A stretch of 64,000 nucleotides of DNA, taken from positions 69,062 through 133,061 of the forward strand of contig JACPPG010000023.1 of assembly GCA_016191115.1 (NCBI GenBank), given 5' to 3'. Below are positions 39,495-47,253 of this stretch, piece after piece. The number at the start of each line of letters is the position of its first letter. Position 1 is the stretch's first letter. The position numbers were made by a program, and so were the translations under genes. The stretch comes from Planctomycetia bacterium. Lineage in GTDB: Bacteria > Planctomycetota > Planctomycetia > Pirellulales > JACPPG01. A model generated the notes under the pieces. The model was not told where the DNA came from. It did not search any database and worked only from the letters and a program-made list of their open reading frames with translations.

Positions 39495-41273
39495 CTACTG
39501 GCCGGGACCGTCGACCCGCACCGGGCGGGCATCGAACAGCTCCATCGCCTTGCTCACCAACGGGTGCCGCGCCCTGTCGCGAATCCGCTCCGCCGCCGGC
39601 CGCGGCGGCGATGCGTCGCTCTCCGGCCGCGCGGCTACTCCGTCGTCAACCAGCGCGAAGCTCAGACGGATCGGCCCGCCGGCCACCTCGGCCAGCGCCT
39701 GCTCGAGTCGCTCGAATTGCTCGGGCTGCTCGCAAAAGGCTTTGCACGAATTATACGTCTTGGCGAATGTGGCAACCAGGAAACCGGTTTCGGGCATCGC
39801 CACGCGCTCGGCGCGCGCCGCGTGGAGGCCGACCATCCCCGACAATCGCGACAGCGCCTGCCGCCAGAGAGCTTGCCCGTCCAGCGACCCGGCTGGCTGC
39901 TCGGCAGCCTCGCTCGGCCGGCCGCTCGCGTCGACGTCGTCGGGCGGCTCATCCTCTTTTTTTTTTGGCGGCGCGGCGGGTACTGACGATTGGGACAAAG
40001 GCGCGGCCGCCGGTGCCGTTCTTACTGCACCAGCGCGCGGCGCGGCTGGACCGGCGGGTGGCCCTGTTTGGCCCGTCTTGAGTTGCTCGACCAGCACCGC
40101 GATCTCCTCCAGGTCGGCCAACTGGCAGATGCGGACCAGGGCCAGCTCGGCCAGGACGCGGCCGTGCGTGCTGTAGCGGAGCCGCGCGATTGATTGCTCG
40201 ATGATCTGCATGATCGCCAGCACCGTGTGCAGCCCCAATTGGCCCGCGGCCTGGCTCATCGCGGCGTGCGACGCCTCTTCAGCCGCTAAGTACATTTCTG
40301 CCGCGCCACCCACGGCCGCCACCATCAAGTCGCGAAAGTAGACCAGCAACTGGTCGAGCAACTGCCCGGTGTCGACCCCCTCGGCCACGGCCTGGTCGAG
40401 GTCAGCAAGAGCCGCCGCCGCGTCGCGCGCGATCAGATGGCCGGCCAGCCGCACCAGCCGCTCGGTCGAGGCCGTGCCCAGCAGTTGGTCGACATCCAGG
40501 GCGCGAATCTTCTTCGTGCCTAGCGACAGCAACTGCTCCAACAGCGACTGGCTGTCGCGCATCGAGCCGCCGGCGCGGCGCGACAGCATGGTCAGGGCGG
40601 CCGGTTCTGCTTCGACCCCCTCGGCCGCGACGATCTGCCGCAACCGCTCGACGATCGAGCGCGTCTCGATGCCCGCGAAGTCGAACCGCTGGCAGCGGGA
40701 CAAGATGGTAACGGGTATCTTCTCCGCCTCGGTCGTGCAAAAGATGAACTTGACGTGCTCCGGCGGCTCCTCCAGCGTCTTGAGCAAGGCGTTAAAGGCC
40801 TCCCGCGTCAGCATGTGCACTTCGTCGATGATGTAGACCTTGAACCGCGAGCGGCTGGGGCGGATGGCGACGTTGTGCCTTAGCTCGCGCATCTCCTCGA
40901 TGCCGCGGTTGCTGGCGCCGTCGATCTCCAGCACGTCGACGTCGTCGCCCGAGGCGATGCTCAGGCAACTGTCGCACTCGTTGCACGGGACGGGAGCAGG
41001 CCCGCGCACGCAATTGAGGCATTTGGCCAGGATCCGCGCGGCCGAGGTCTTGCCGACGCCGCGGGCCCCGGTGAACAGGTACGCGTGGCCGACCCGGCCC
41101 GTGGCGATCGCCCCCGAGAGGGCGCGGGCGACGTGCTCCTGGCCCACCAGCTCGTCGAAGGTTTGCGGACGGTAGCGGCGGGCGACGACGACGTACTCGC
41201 GCTCGCGCGCCCCAGTGGCAGCGGGTTGCGGATTGTCATTCGCGGCGGCGGCCGCCGACTCCTGCTTAGCCAT
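39495..41273 (-). CDS. dnaX: DNA polymerase III subunit gamma/tau
   Basis: YRPQTFDELVGQEHV, Walker A FTGARGVGKTSAARILAK, the zinc module CNECDSC, YIIDEVHML and the SRC motif are present. Confidence 0.96.
   Translation of the reverse strand: MAKQESAAAAANDNPQPAATGAREREYVVVARRYRPQTFDELVGQEHVARALSGAIATGRVGHAYLFTGARGVGKTSAARILAKCLNCVRGPAPVPCNECDSCLSIASGDDVDVLEIDGASNRGIEEMRELRHNVAIRPSRSRFKVYIIDEVHMLTREAFNALLKTLEEPPEHVKFIFCTTEAEKIPVTILSRCQRFDFAGIETRSIVERLRQIVAAEGVEAEPAALTMLSRRAGGSMRDSQSLLEQLLSLGTKKIRALDVDQLLGTASTERLVRLAGHLIARDAAAALADLDQAVAEGVDTGQLLDQLLVYFRDLMVAAVGGAAEMYLAAEEASHAAMSQAAGQLGLHTVLAIMQIIEQSIARLRYSTHGRVLAELALVRICQLADLEEIAVLVEQLKTGQTGPPAGPAAPRAGAVRTAPAAAPLSQSSVPAAPPKKKEDEPPDDVDASGRPSEAAEQPAGSLDGQALWRQALSRLSGMVGLHAARAERVAMPETGFLVATFAKTYNSCKAFCEQPEQFERLEQALAEVAGGPIRLSFALVDDGVAARPESDASPPRPAAERIRDRARHPLVSKAMELFDARPVRVDGPGQ
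39957..39966 (-). other. A10 homopolymer (T10 on the plus strand) inside dnaX; candidate -1 frameshift / transcriptional slippage site
   Basis: The minus strand reads CCG CCA AAA AAA AAA GAG GAT GAG. The -1 frame after the run reads AGA GGA TGA (stop). Confidence 0.5.
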
Positions 41274-41318
41274 CAGAACGGACCCTCGAAAATCGCTGGC
41301 GGCTTAGTGCCCAGGGCG

Positions 41319-41420
41319 GCCGACGAGAGGCCCACCGCACAAAGAGCTGACTGCTTATGGCTGCTGGATTTCTCCCCTGACCAGGTTCACAGCGCCCCAT
41401 TGCGGGGGCCCCTCGTCGGC
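41319..41420 (-). ncRNA. ffs: signal recognition particle RNA (small 4.5S-type)
   Basis: The minus strand reads GCCGACGAGGGGCCC...GUGAACCUGGUCAGGGGAGAAAUCCAGCAGCCAUAAGCAG...GGGCCUCUCGUCGGC. The domain IV motif GGUCAGG-stem/GNRA loop-AGCAGCC is conserved. The terminal 15-nt helix closes the molecule. It lies directly upstream of dnaX, as in many bacteria. Confidence 0.85.
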
Positions 41421-41521
41421 GACCGAAGGCAAAGGGTCCGCGCGCCAAAGTGCGTTCGCGCGGCATGTCCCCCGTTGTACGGTCTCGCGGCCGCGAGGTC
41501 AAAAGGGGGGCGGTGGGCCAG

Positions 41522-41658
41522 CAGGGCCATTCTGTTTTTCAAAATGGCGAGGCGGGAAAATGGGACTGGCTCCGAGCATAAACAGCGCAAGTCCTTTCAG
41601 ACCAACGTTGCGTCTCGGTGCCTGTCCCACTTTCCCGCCGGTGCGCCGCCGGCAAGCT
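41522..41658 (+). repeat. F1 element, copy C (3' inverted-repeat end missing)
   Basis: CAGGGCCATTCTGTTTTTCAAAATGGCG...GCGCCGCCGGCAAGCT, after which the sequence diverges into lower-G+C DNA. Confidence 0.9.
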
Positions 41659-41887
41659 GCCCGTGCAAGTCGTAACTTATGGTCCGTTGCTCGACACGAT
41701 TGCCTGACTCGTCGAACCGCCGGAATGAAATAAATCGAATGCCACGAGCAGCCCGTACTTTGTCGGAATTGAGAAGTAACGAGCCCAGCTTGGCATAGCT
41801 TTCAGCGGGAACGAGGTCCTCGGCGAGGAGGTTGCCGTCAGCGTCATATGCCTTTGCAACGACTGTATTGGCGAAGGGGCGTCCCAT
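41597..41887 (-). CDS. hypothetical protein fragment with YD-repeat-like motifs; its 3' end reads into F1 copy C
   Basis: MGRPFANTVVAKAYDADGNLLAEDLV...RFISFRRFDESGNRVEQRTISYDLHG. The last ~20 codons are repeat-derived. The upstream part of ORF 41597..42271 overlaps parD on the opposite strand. Confidence 0.3.
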   Translation of the reverse strand: MGRPFANTVVAKAYDADGNLLAEDLVPAESYAKLGSLLLNSDKVRAARGIRFISFRRFDESGNRVEQRTISYDLHGQLAGGAPAGKWDRHRDATLV

Positions 41888-42086
41888 TCCTCCATCATAG
41901 CCGACCAGGATTGCAAGCCATGAGCCGTAGCATAGACTTCGGGCATGCCCAACGGGTCCCGCACGAAGCTCTCGGCGGACTTCAAGTAGCGCGACCAGGC
42001 CACAGAGCTCGCACGGTGAAATCGGCGTTGCCGGGCCGCATAGAATTCGTTGCCAGCCCCAGGGATTCTGTGGTACGGTAGTCCTT

Positions 42087-42365
42087 ATGGACAAAGAGCT
42101 TTCACCGCAAACCGAGCAGTACCTTGCCAGTGTCGTCGCCGGTGGGCTGTTCCCCTCGAAAGAAGCTGCCCTTGAAGCAGCGGTGGCGGCGCTCCGGGAG
42201 AAAACCGCCGACATTCCCTTTGTGCCGGACGTGCACATGGAACAGGTCGAGAAGGCCATTGAATCGGCCAATGCGGGTCAGTTAACTCCGATGACGCCCG
42301 AGTATTGGGAGCGTCTGCGACAGGTTGTTCGGGACACGGCTGCCGGCAATAGCGCGACAAGCTAA
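42087..42365 (+). CDS. parD: type II antitoxin, ParD/RHH-like
   Basis: A 92-aa protein. YLASVVAGGLFPSKEAALEAAVAALRE resembles the ParD pattern (v.sG.y.s.sEa.r.alr.L.e). Its stop overlaps the toxin start (TAATG). Confidence 0.7.
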   Translation: MDKELSPQTEQYLASVVAGGLFPSKEAALEAAVAALREKTADIPFVPDVHMEQVEKAIESANAGQLTPMTPEYWERLRQVVRDTAAGNSATS

Positions 42366-42661
42366 TGGCCAAGGCAGACATTACGGCAGAGGCCGATTAC
42401 GAGCTCACCCGAATTGCCGCATACATTGCCAAGGACAACCCGTCGGCAGCGTTTCGCTGGGTGGACGAGACGCGGGCCGTATGTGAATTGCTCGCCGCAC
42501 AACCAGGGATCGGACAACGGATAAAGACCAGACGGTTCGGCGAAGTGCATCGTCATGTGGCTGGGAACTACCTGATTTATTACCGCCCCGTCGCAGATGG
42601 TGTGCAAATCCTTTTGGTGACACATGGCGCACGCGATCAGAATCGAATCGTCAACCGATGA
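42365..42661 (+). CDS. parE: type II toxin, ParE/RelE family
   Basis: A 98-aa protein. AEADYELTRIAAYIAKDNPSAAFRWVDE...HRHVAGNYLIYYRPVADGVQILLVTHGARD is the typical ParE layout. Confidence 0.8.
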   Translation: MAKADITAEADYELTRIAAYIAKDNPSAAFRWVDETRAVCELLAAQPGIGQRIKTRRFGEVHRHVAGNYLIYYRPVADGVQILLVTHGARDQNRIVNR

Positions 42662-42675
42662 CGCCCAGACGAGCT

Positions 42676-43353
42676 CTACCTACCCGAGCCGTCCTCAACC
42701 GCCGCCACCAGGATCTTCTCCGCCGCGGCCCGCCCAAGCGTCGTGTCTTGCCCGGCGATGGTGACGGTCACGATGCCAGCTTCAGCGCGGTTCGCTGTCA
42801 CGCGGCCCACGGCCCCCAGCGGCAGGCCGGCTTCGCTCAGATAGCGGAGAAACTCCGGCGACTGGTCGATCACCCGCGCGAAACGGAACTGCGACCCGAC
42901 TTCGCAATCCGCCAGCGTCAGTTGCTGCTCGTCCTCCAACGAGCCGTCGGCCCGCGGGATCGGGTCGCCGTGCGGATCGACGCGCGGGTAGCCGAGGTAG
43001 GCGTCGATGCGGTCGACTAACAGATCGCTCACGGCGTGCTCCATGTTCTCGGCCTCTTCGTGCACTTCGTCCCAGGAGAGCTCGAGCGTCTTGGTGAGGA
43101 ATAGCTCGATCAGCCGGTGCCGTCGAAGGATCCGTAGCGCCAGCGCCGCCCCCGAGGGGGTCAATTTCGCCCCCTCGTACGGCGTGTAGGTCGCCAGGCC
43201 ACTGTCGGCCAGCGTCTTGAGCATGCTGGTTACCGTGCCGGGCGAGACCGAAAGCGCGGTGGCCACCTGGCCCGTCGCCGCCGGCTCGCCCCCCTGCCGG
43301 CCGGAAATCTGGTAGATCGTCTTCAGGTAGTTTTCGACGGTCAGGCTGGCCAC
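42676..43353 (-). CDS. metal-dependent transcriptional regulator, DtxR/MntR family with FeoA/SH3-like C-terminal domain
   Basis: ENYLKTIYQI...VSPGTVTSMLKTLADSGLATYTPYEGAKLTPSG...RRHRLIELFL...HEEAENMEH. The start is GTG with GGAG upstream. Confidence 0.9.
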   Translation of the reverse strand: MASLTVENYLKTIYQISGRQGGEPAATGQVATALSVSPGTVTSMLKTLADSGLATYTPYEGAKLTPSGAALALRILRRHRLIELFLTKTLELSWDEVHEEAENMEHAVSDLLVDRIDAYLGYPRVDPHGDPIPRADGSLEDEQQLTLADCEVGSQFRFARVIDQSPEFLRYLSEAGLPLGAVGRVTANRAEAGIVTVTIAGQDTTLGRAAAEKILVAAVEDGSGR

Positions 43354-43597
43354 GGTTCACGCTCCACGAGTCTCTGAGATCACGCACGCCCAAGCCCGGC
43401 GCCTCAGAAGAAAGAAGCGCGGTCGCGGCGGCGCTAAACAATTCTAGGCCACACGCTCGCGGCTTAGCAATGATGCGCCCAAGAGCCGGAATCGTCGTGC
43501 GCCGCGCTTGTCCAGCCCATTGCGGCGCATGCCGCGAATCGGGATCATACGAGCCGCTTCGCCCCGTACGTTTTCCGCCGATGCGGCCGGCTCGCCC

Positions 43598-44536
43598 ATG
43601 AATCTCAATCAAGGCGCCCAAGCCCTGTGCCAACGCCTGCTGGCGGACATCGACCGGTTTCACGGCGCGATCTCGACCGTGGCCGGGGCGACCGTCATCG
43701 ATCTGGGCATCAACGCGCCGGGTGGGCACGACGCGGGGCTGGCACTCGCGGAAGTGTGCCTGGCCGGGCTGGCGCGCGTGGAAATCGTTCAACCCAGCGA
43801 GCCGCACGCCTGGCCGTTCGTGGCGGTGTCGACCGATCATCCGGTCGCGGCCTGCATGGCCAGCCAGTACGCCGGCTGGCAGATCGCCATTGGACAATAC
43901 TTCGCGATGGGCTCGGGGCCGATGCGCGCCGTCGCCGCCAAGGAGGAGCTTTTCGCGAGGATCGGCTGCCGCGAGACGGCCGATGAAGTCGTGGGCGTCC
44001 TCGAAACGCGAAAGATTCCCACGCCGGAAGTGATCGACTACATCGCCAAGGCCTGCCGCGTTGCGCCCGAGCGGCTCACACTGCTGGTGGCGCCGACGGC
44101 CAGCCCAGCCGGCACGCTGCAGATCGTGGCCCGCTCGGTCGAGACGGCGCTGCACAAGCTGCTGGAGCTGGGCTTCGATCTTTCGCGCGTCGAACGCGGG
44201 ACCGGCACGGCGCCGCTGCCGCCGGTGGCCGCGGACGACATGGCGGCCATCGGCCGCACCAACGACGCCATCCTCTACGGCGGCGAAGCAACCCTCTCGG
44301 TCCGCGGCGACGATGCCAGCCTGGAAGCTATCGGCCCGCGCGTTCCCAGCAGTGCTTCGCCGGACCACGGCCAGCCGTTTGCCGCGATCTTCGAGCGGTA
44401 CAACCGCGATTTCTACAAGATCGACCCGCTTCTGTTCAGTCCGGCCGTGCTCGCGTTTCGCAATCTCGATACCGGCTACCAGCACTCGTTCGGGCACGCG
44501 CGGCCGGACGTGCTGGCCGAATCGTTCCATTCGTGA
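43598..44536 (+). CDS. mch: methenyltetrahydromethanopterin cyclohydrolase
   Basis: ACMASQYAGWQI...MGSGPMRA, GRTNDAILYGG and SPDHGQPFAAIFERYNRDFYKIDPLLFSPA match the Mch signature regions. ORF 43508 trimmed to ATG 43598. Confidence 0.9.
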   Translation: MNLNQGAQALCQRLLADIDRFHGAISTVAGATVIDLGINAPGGHDAGLALAEVCLAGLARVEIVQPSEPHAWPFVAVSTDHPVAACMASQYAGWQIAIGQYFAMGSGPMRAVAAKEELFARIGCRETADEVVGVLETRKIPTPEVIDYIAKACRVAPERLTLLVAPTASPAGTLQIVARSVETALHKLLELGFDLSRVERGTGTAPLPPVAADDMAAIGRTNDAILYGGEATLSVRGDDASLEAIGPRVPSSASPDHGQPFAAIFERYNRDFYKIDPLLFSPAVLAFRNLDTGYQHSFGHARPDVLAESFHS

Positions 44537-44554
44537 CCTGGGGGCGCGTCGGCG

Positions 44555-45442
44555 ATGCACTTTGTCGTGCTAGGATCACCGGCAAGCTGGTACTTGCGCG
44601 ATCTGGCACGCGCGGCGGACGGTCGCCACCGGATCACGCAGGCCACGTTCCGGCAATTGACGGCGTGCGTCGGCCCGGCGGGCGTGCGCTGCTCGTCGGG
44701 CGCGGTTGACATGAGCGGCGTAGACGCCGTTCTGGTGCGGACGATGCCGCCCGGCTCGCTGGAGCAAGTGGTGTTCCGCATGGACGCCCTTGCGCGTCTG
44801 GAAGCCGCCGGCGTGGTGGTGATCAACCCGGCCCGGGCGGTCGAGGCCGCGGTCGACAAGTATCTGGCCACCGCGAAACTCCAATCCGCCGGCCTGCGCG
44901 TGCCGCGCACGGCCGTGTGCCAGACGGCCGACGACGCGCTTCGCTGCTTTGCCGAGCTGGGGGGCGACGTCGTGCTCAAGCCCCTCTTTGGTTCCGAGGG
45001 GCGGGGCATCACCCGGCTGACCGACGAGGCACTGGCGCAGCGGGCCTTCAAGATGCTCGAAGAACTCGGCGCCGTCCTGTACTTGCAGGAATTCATCGCG
45101 CACGAAGGGTGCGACCTGCGGCTGCTGTTGATCGGCGAGACGGTGCTCGCGATGCGGCGGCGCAACCCGCTCGATTGGCGGACCAACGTCAGCCGCGGGG
45201 CGACAGCCGAGGCATTTTCACCGGATGCGAAGCTGGTGGAACTCGCCCGCCGCGCGGCGGCGAGCGTCGGGGCGCCGGTGGCCGGCGTCGACATCCTGCC
45301 AGGCCGCGACAACCATTTGTACGTGATCGAAGTGAACGCCGTGCCGGGATGGCGGGCGCTGGCGGCGGTCACGCGACAGGACGTGGCGCGGCTGGTGTTG
45401 GACTACGTGGCGTCGGCGGTGCAGGCGCCGCGGTCGTCGTGA
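44555..45442 (+). CDS. RimK/MptN-type ATP-grasp ligase (H4MPT-cluster associated)
   Basis: The ATP-grasp fold motifs are VVINPARAVEAAVDKYLATAKLQSAGLRVPRT, VVLKPLFGSEGRGI, LYLQEFI and VIEVNAVPGW. It lies 18 nt after mch. Confidence 0.75.
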   Translation: MHFVVLGSPASWYLRDLARAADGRHRITQATFRQLTACVGPAGVRCSSGAVDMSGVDAVLVRTMPPGSLEQVVFRMDALARLEAAGVVVINPARAVEAAVDKYLATAKLQSAGLRVPRTAVCQTADDALRCFAELGGDVVLKPLFGSEGRGITRLTDEALAQRAFKMLEELGAVLYLQEFIAHEGCDLRLLLIGETVLAMRRRNPLDWRTNVSRGATAEAFSPDAKLVELARRAAASVGAPVAGVDILPGRDNHLYVIEVNAVPGWRALAAVTRQDVARLVLDYVASAVQAPRSS

Positions 45443-47252
45443 CGACCGTCGCGATGGGACGTGAGCGTCGCCGTATTGGGCTGGTGCGGTGTTGCCGCTC
45501 GATGCGGCGAATGCTCAAGAGGACCAGGATCGCGGCGATCATCGCGTCCGCCGCGACGTGCGTGATGGCCGTGTCGAGCCGCTCGGGCCATTTCGGGTAT
45601 TGATTCCAAATGCTCCCATAACCCGCATAACGGTCGTACGGCGACGTGTGATCGGCCGCCTCGAACACGGCGTAGTCGAGGTTCACTGTCGGGCTAGTGA
45701 ACGTGGCGGGCAGCAGCCAGAATTGCGTGGGCTGGCTGAGGGCCGTATTCACCACGAGCGGCACACCGGCCACTAGCGCGAGCGCGATCCCAAACGCGTA
45801 TGACGCGGCCCGCAGGCTCGTGGCCGTGGCGATCGAGCAGAATAACCCCCAGGCCGCGGCCAAGAGCGCCGTCGTCACGAGAATCACAACGCCCAGCGCC
45901 GCGGCGCGACCCGAGATCACGCCGTGCCACGCGGCCAAGCCAGTGAAGAAGAGCGGAAACGCCAAGGCGAAGGCCGAGCTGCGGGCGATGCCTGCCAACT
46001 TGCCGAGCACGATCTGCGCGCCGGAGAGAGGCGTGGTCAGGAGCGCGTCGAGCGTGCTGCGGTCGCGCTCGTAGGCGAAGCTCATGCTCCCCTGCAAGGT
46101 CATCAAGAGCCAGGTGAGGATCGATGTGCCGACCACGACAAAAGTGGTTGCATGGATGTCGCTGGGGAGTGGCCGGCCGCGCTCCAGGAGATCCGCCAGG
46201 TAGACAACCCATACCGGCGCGCTAAAGAGCACGAGCATCACCAGCGCGAAGATTCGCGCCCACCGCATGCGGCGGTGCACGGCGATGGTCTTCACCTCGC
46301 GCCAGGCGACCGGATTGTCCCACACGCGCCGGGCGGCGTCGCGGCGGCGCAGCTTAGTTTTGCGATCGCGTGCCACCCGCTCGCGCGACGCCCACAGTCC
46401 CAGCCGGCGGACGACGAAGATGCTATTCACCAACAACAAGATCGAGCCCGAGCCGTAAAAGGCCAGGCACCACAGGTAGGCGTCGGTCCACGGCGTCCGG
46501 TCGAAGTCGGGCATGATCGCCGAGCCGATTCCCGCGATCGGGTTCAGCGCGATCACCAACCACGACAGACCCGCGGCGGGCGGGGCGCCCGGATTGCGCA
46601 TGATCACGATGATCGGCAGGCCCACCCAGAAGATCAACAGCGTCATGTACGAAAGCACCACGCTCGACATGACCCGCGCCGCCACGATCGACACCAACAG
46701 CGACACGCTGGCGATGAAGGCGATGAACACCAGCGTCACCGCGCTACTCGTGAGCACGCTCGCCCACGAGACCCCGCCCAGAAGCAGACACAAGAACAAG
46801 GCCGGCAGCGCCACGACGGCTAACAGAAACAGCTCCAGAAGCCTCACCAGGTATTTGGCGGCCACGATCTGCACGTTCGATAGCCGCGTGAGAAACACCA
46901 GGTCCAGCGCCCGCCGCTCGCGGTCGCCGGCGATCGACCCGGCGCAGTACACCGGCGCCAATAGCAGCAGCAGGCCGAACTGCGTGATCGCGTACGTCTG
47001 AAACATCTCGCCGCCCAACCGGGCCAGCTCGGCAATGCTGTTGCGATCGCGCGTTGAGACGTTGACCATTTGTACGCCCGTGGGCGTGTTGACCCGCGCG
47101 TACTGATTCACAGCCCGCTGCTGGTCGAAATTCCAATACACCACGGCCAGCACGGCCGACAGTCCGGCGGCCACCAGCACGCGGGCGACGAAGAACCGCC
47201 GCCGGCGGGCCCGCGTGCGTGCCTCCATCCAGAAGACCGGACCCAGAAACAT
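45369..47252 (-). CDS. fused double ABC-2-type (NosY/GldF-like) permease-like membrane protein
   Basis: There are ~12 TM segments in two halves. Each half has the ABC-2 loop motif (GDRERRALDLVFLTRLS and YERDRSTLDALLTTPLS). The tail is Pro/Thr/Ala-rich. The start is 1 nt after the lactate permease stop. Confidence 0.7.
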   Translation of the reverse strand: MFLGPVFWMEARTRARRRRFFVARVLVAAGLSAVLAVVYWNFDQQRAVNQYARVNTPTGVQMVNVSTRDRNSIAELARLGGEMFQTYAITQFGLLLLLAPVYCAGSIAGDRERRALDLVFLTRLSNVQIVAAKYLVRLLELFLLAVVALPALFLCLLLGGVSWASVLTSSAVTLVFIAFIASVSLLVSIVAARVMSSVVLSYMTLLIFWVGLPIIVIMRNPGAPPAAGLSWLVIALNPIAGIGSAIMPDFDRTPWTDAYLWCLAFYGSGSILLLVNSIFVVRRLGLWASRERVARDRKTKLRRRDAARRVWDNPVAWREVKTIAVHRRMRWARIFALVMLVLFSAPVWVVYLADLLERGRPLPSDIHATTFVVVGTSILTWLLMTLQGSMSFAYERDRSTLDALLTTPLSGAQIVLGKLAGIARSSAFALAFPLFFTGLAAWHGVISGRAAALGVVILVTTALLAAAWGLFCSIATATSLRAASYAFGIALALVAGVPLVVNTALSQPTQFWLLPATFTSPTVNLDYAVFEAADHTSPYDRYAGYGSIWNQYPKWPERLDTAITHVAADAMIAAILVLLSIRRIERQHRTSPIRRRSRPIATVVTTTAAPAPPTPRSPTPAAPRPVA

Positions 47253-47253
47253 G

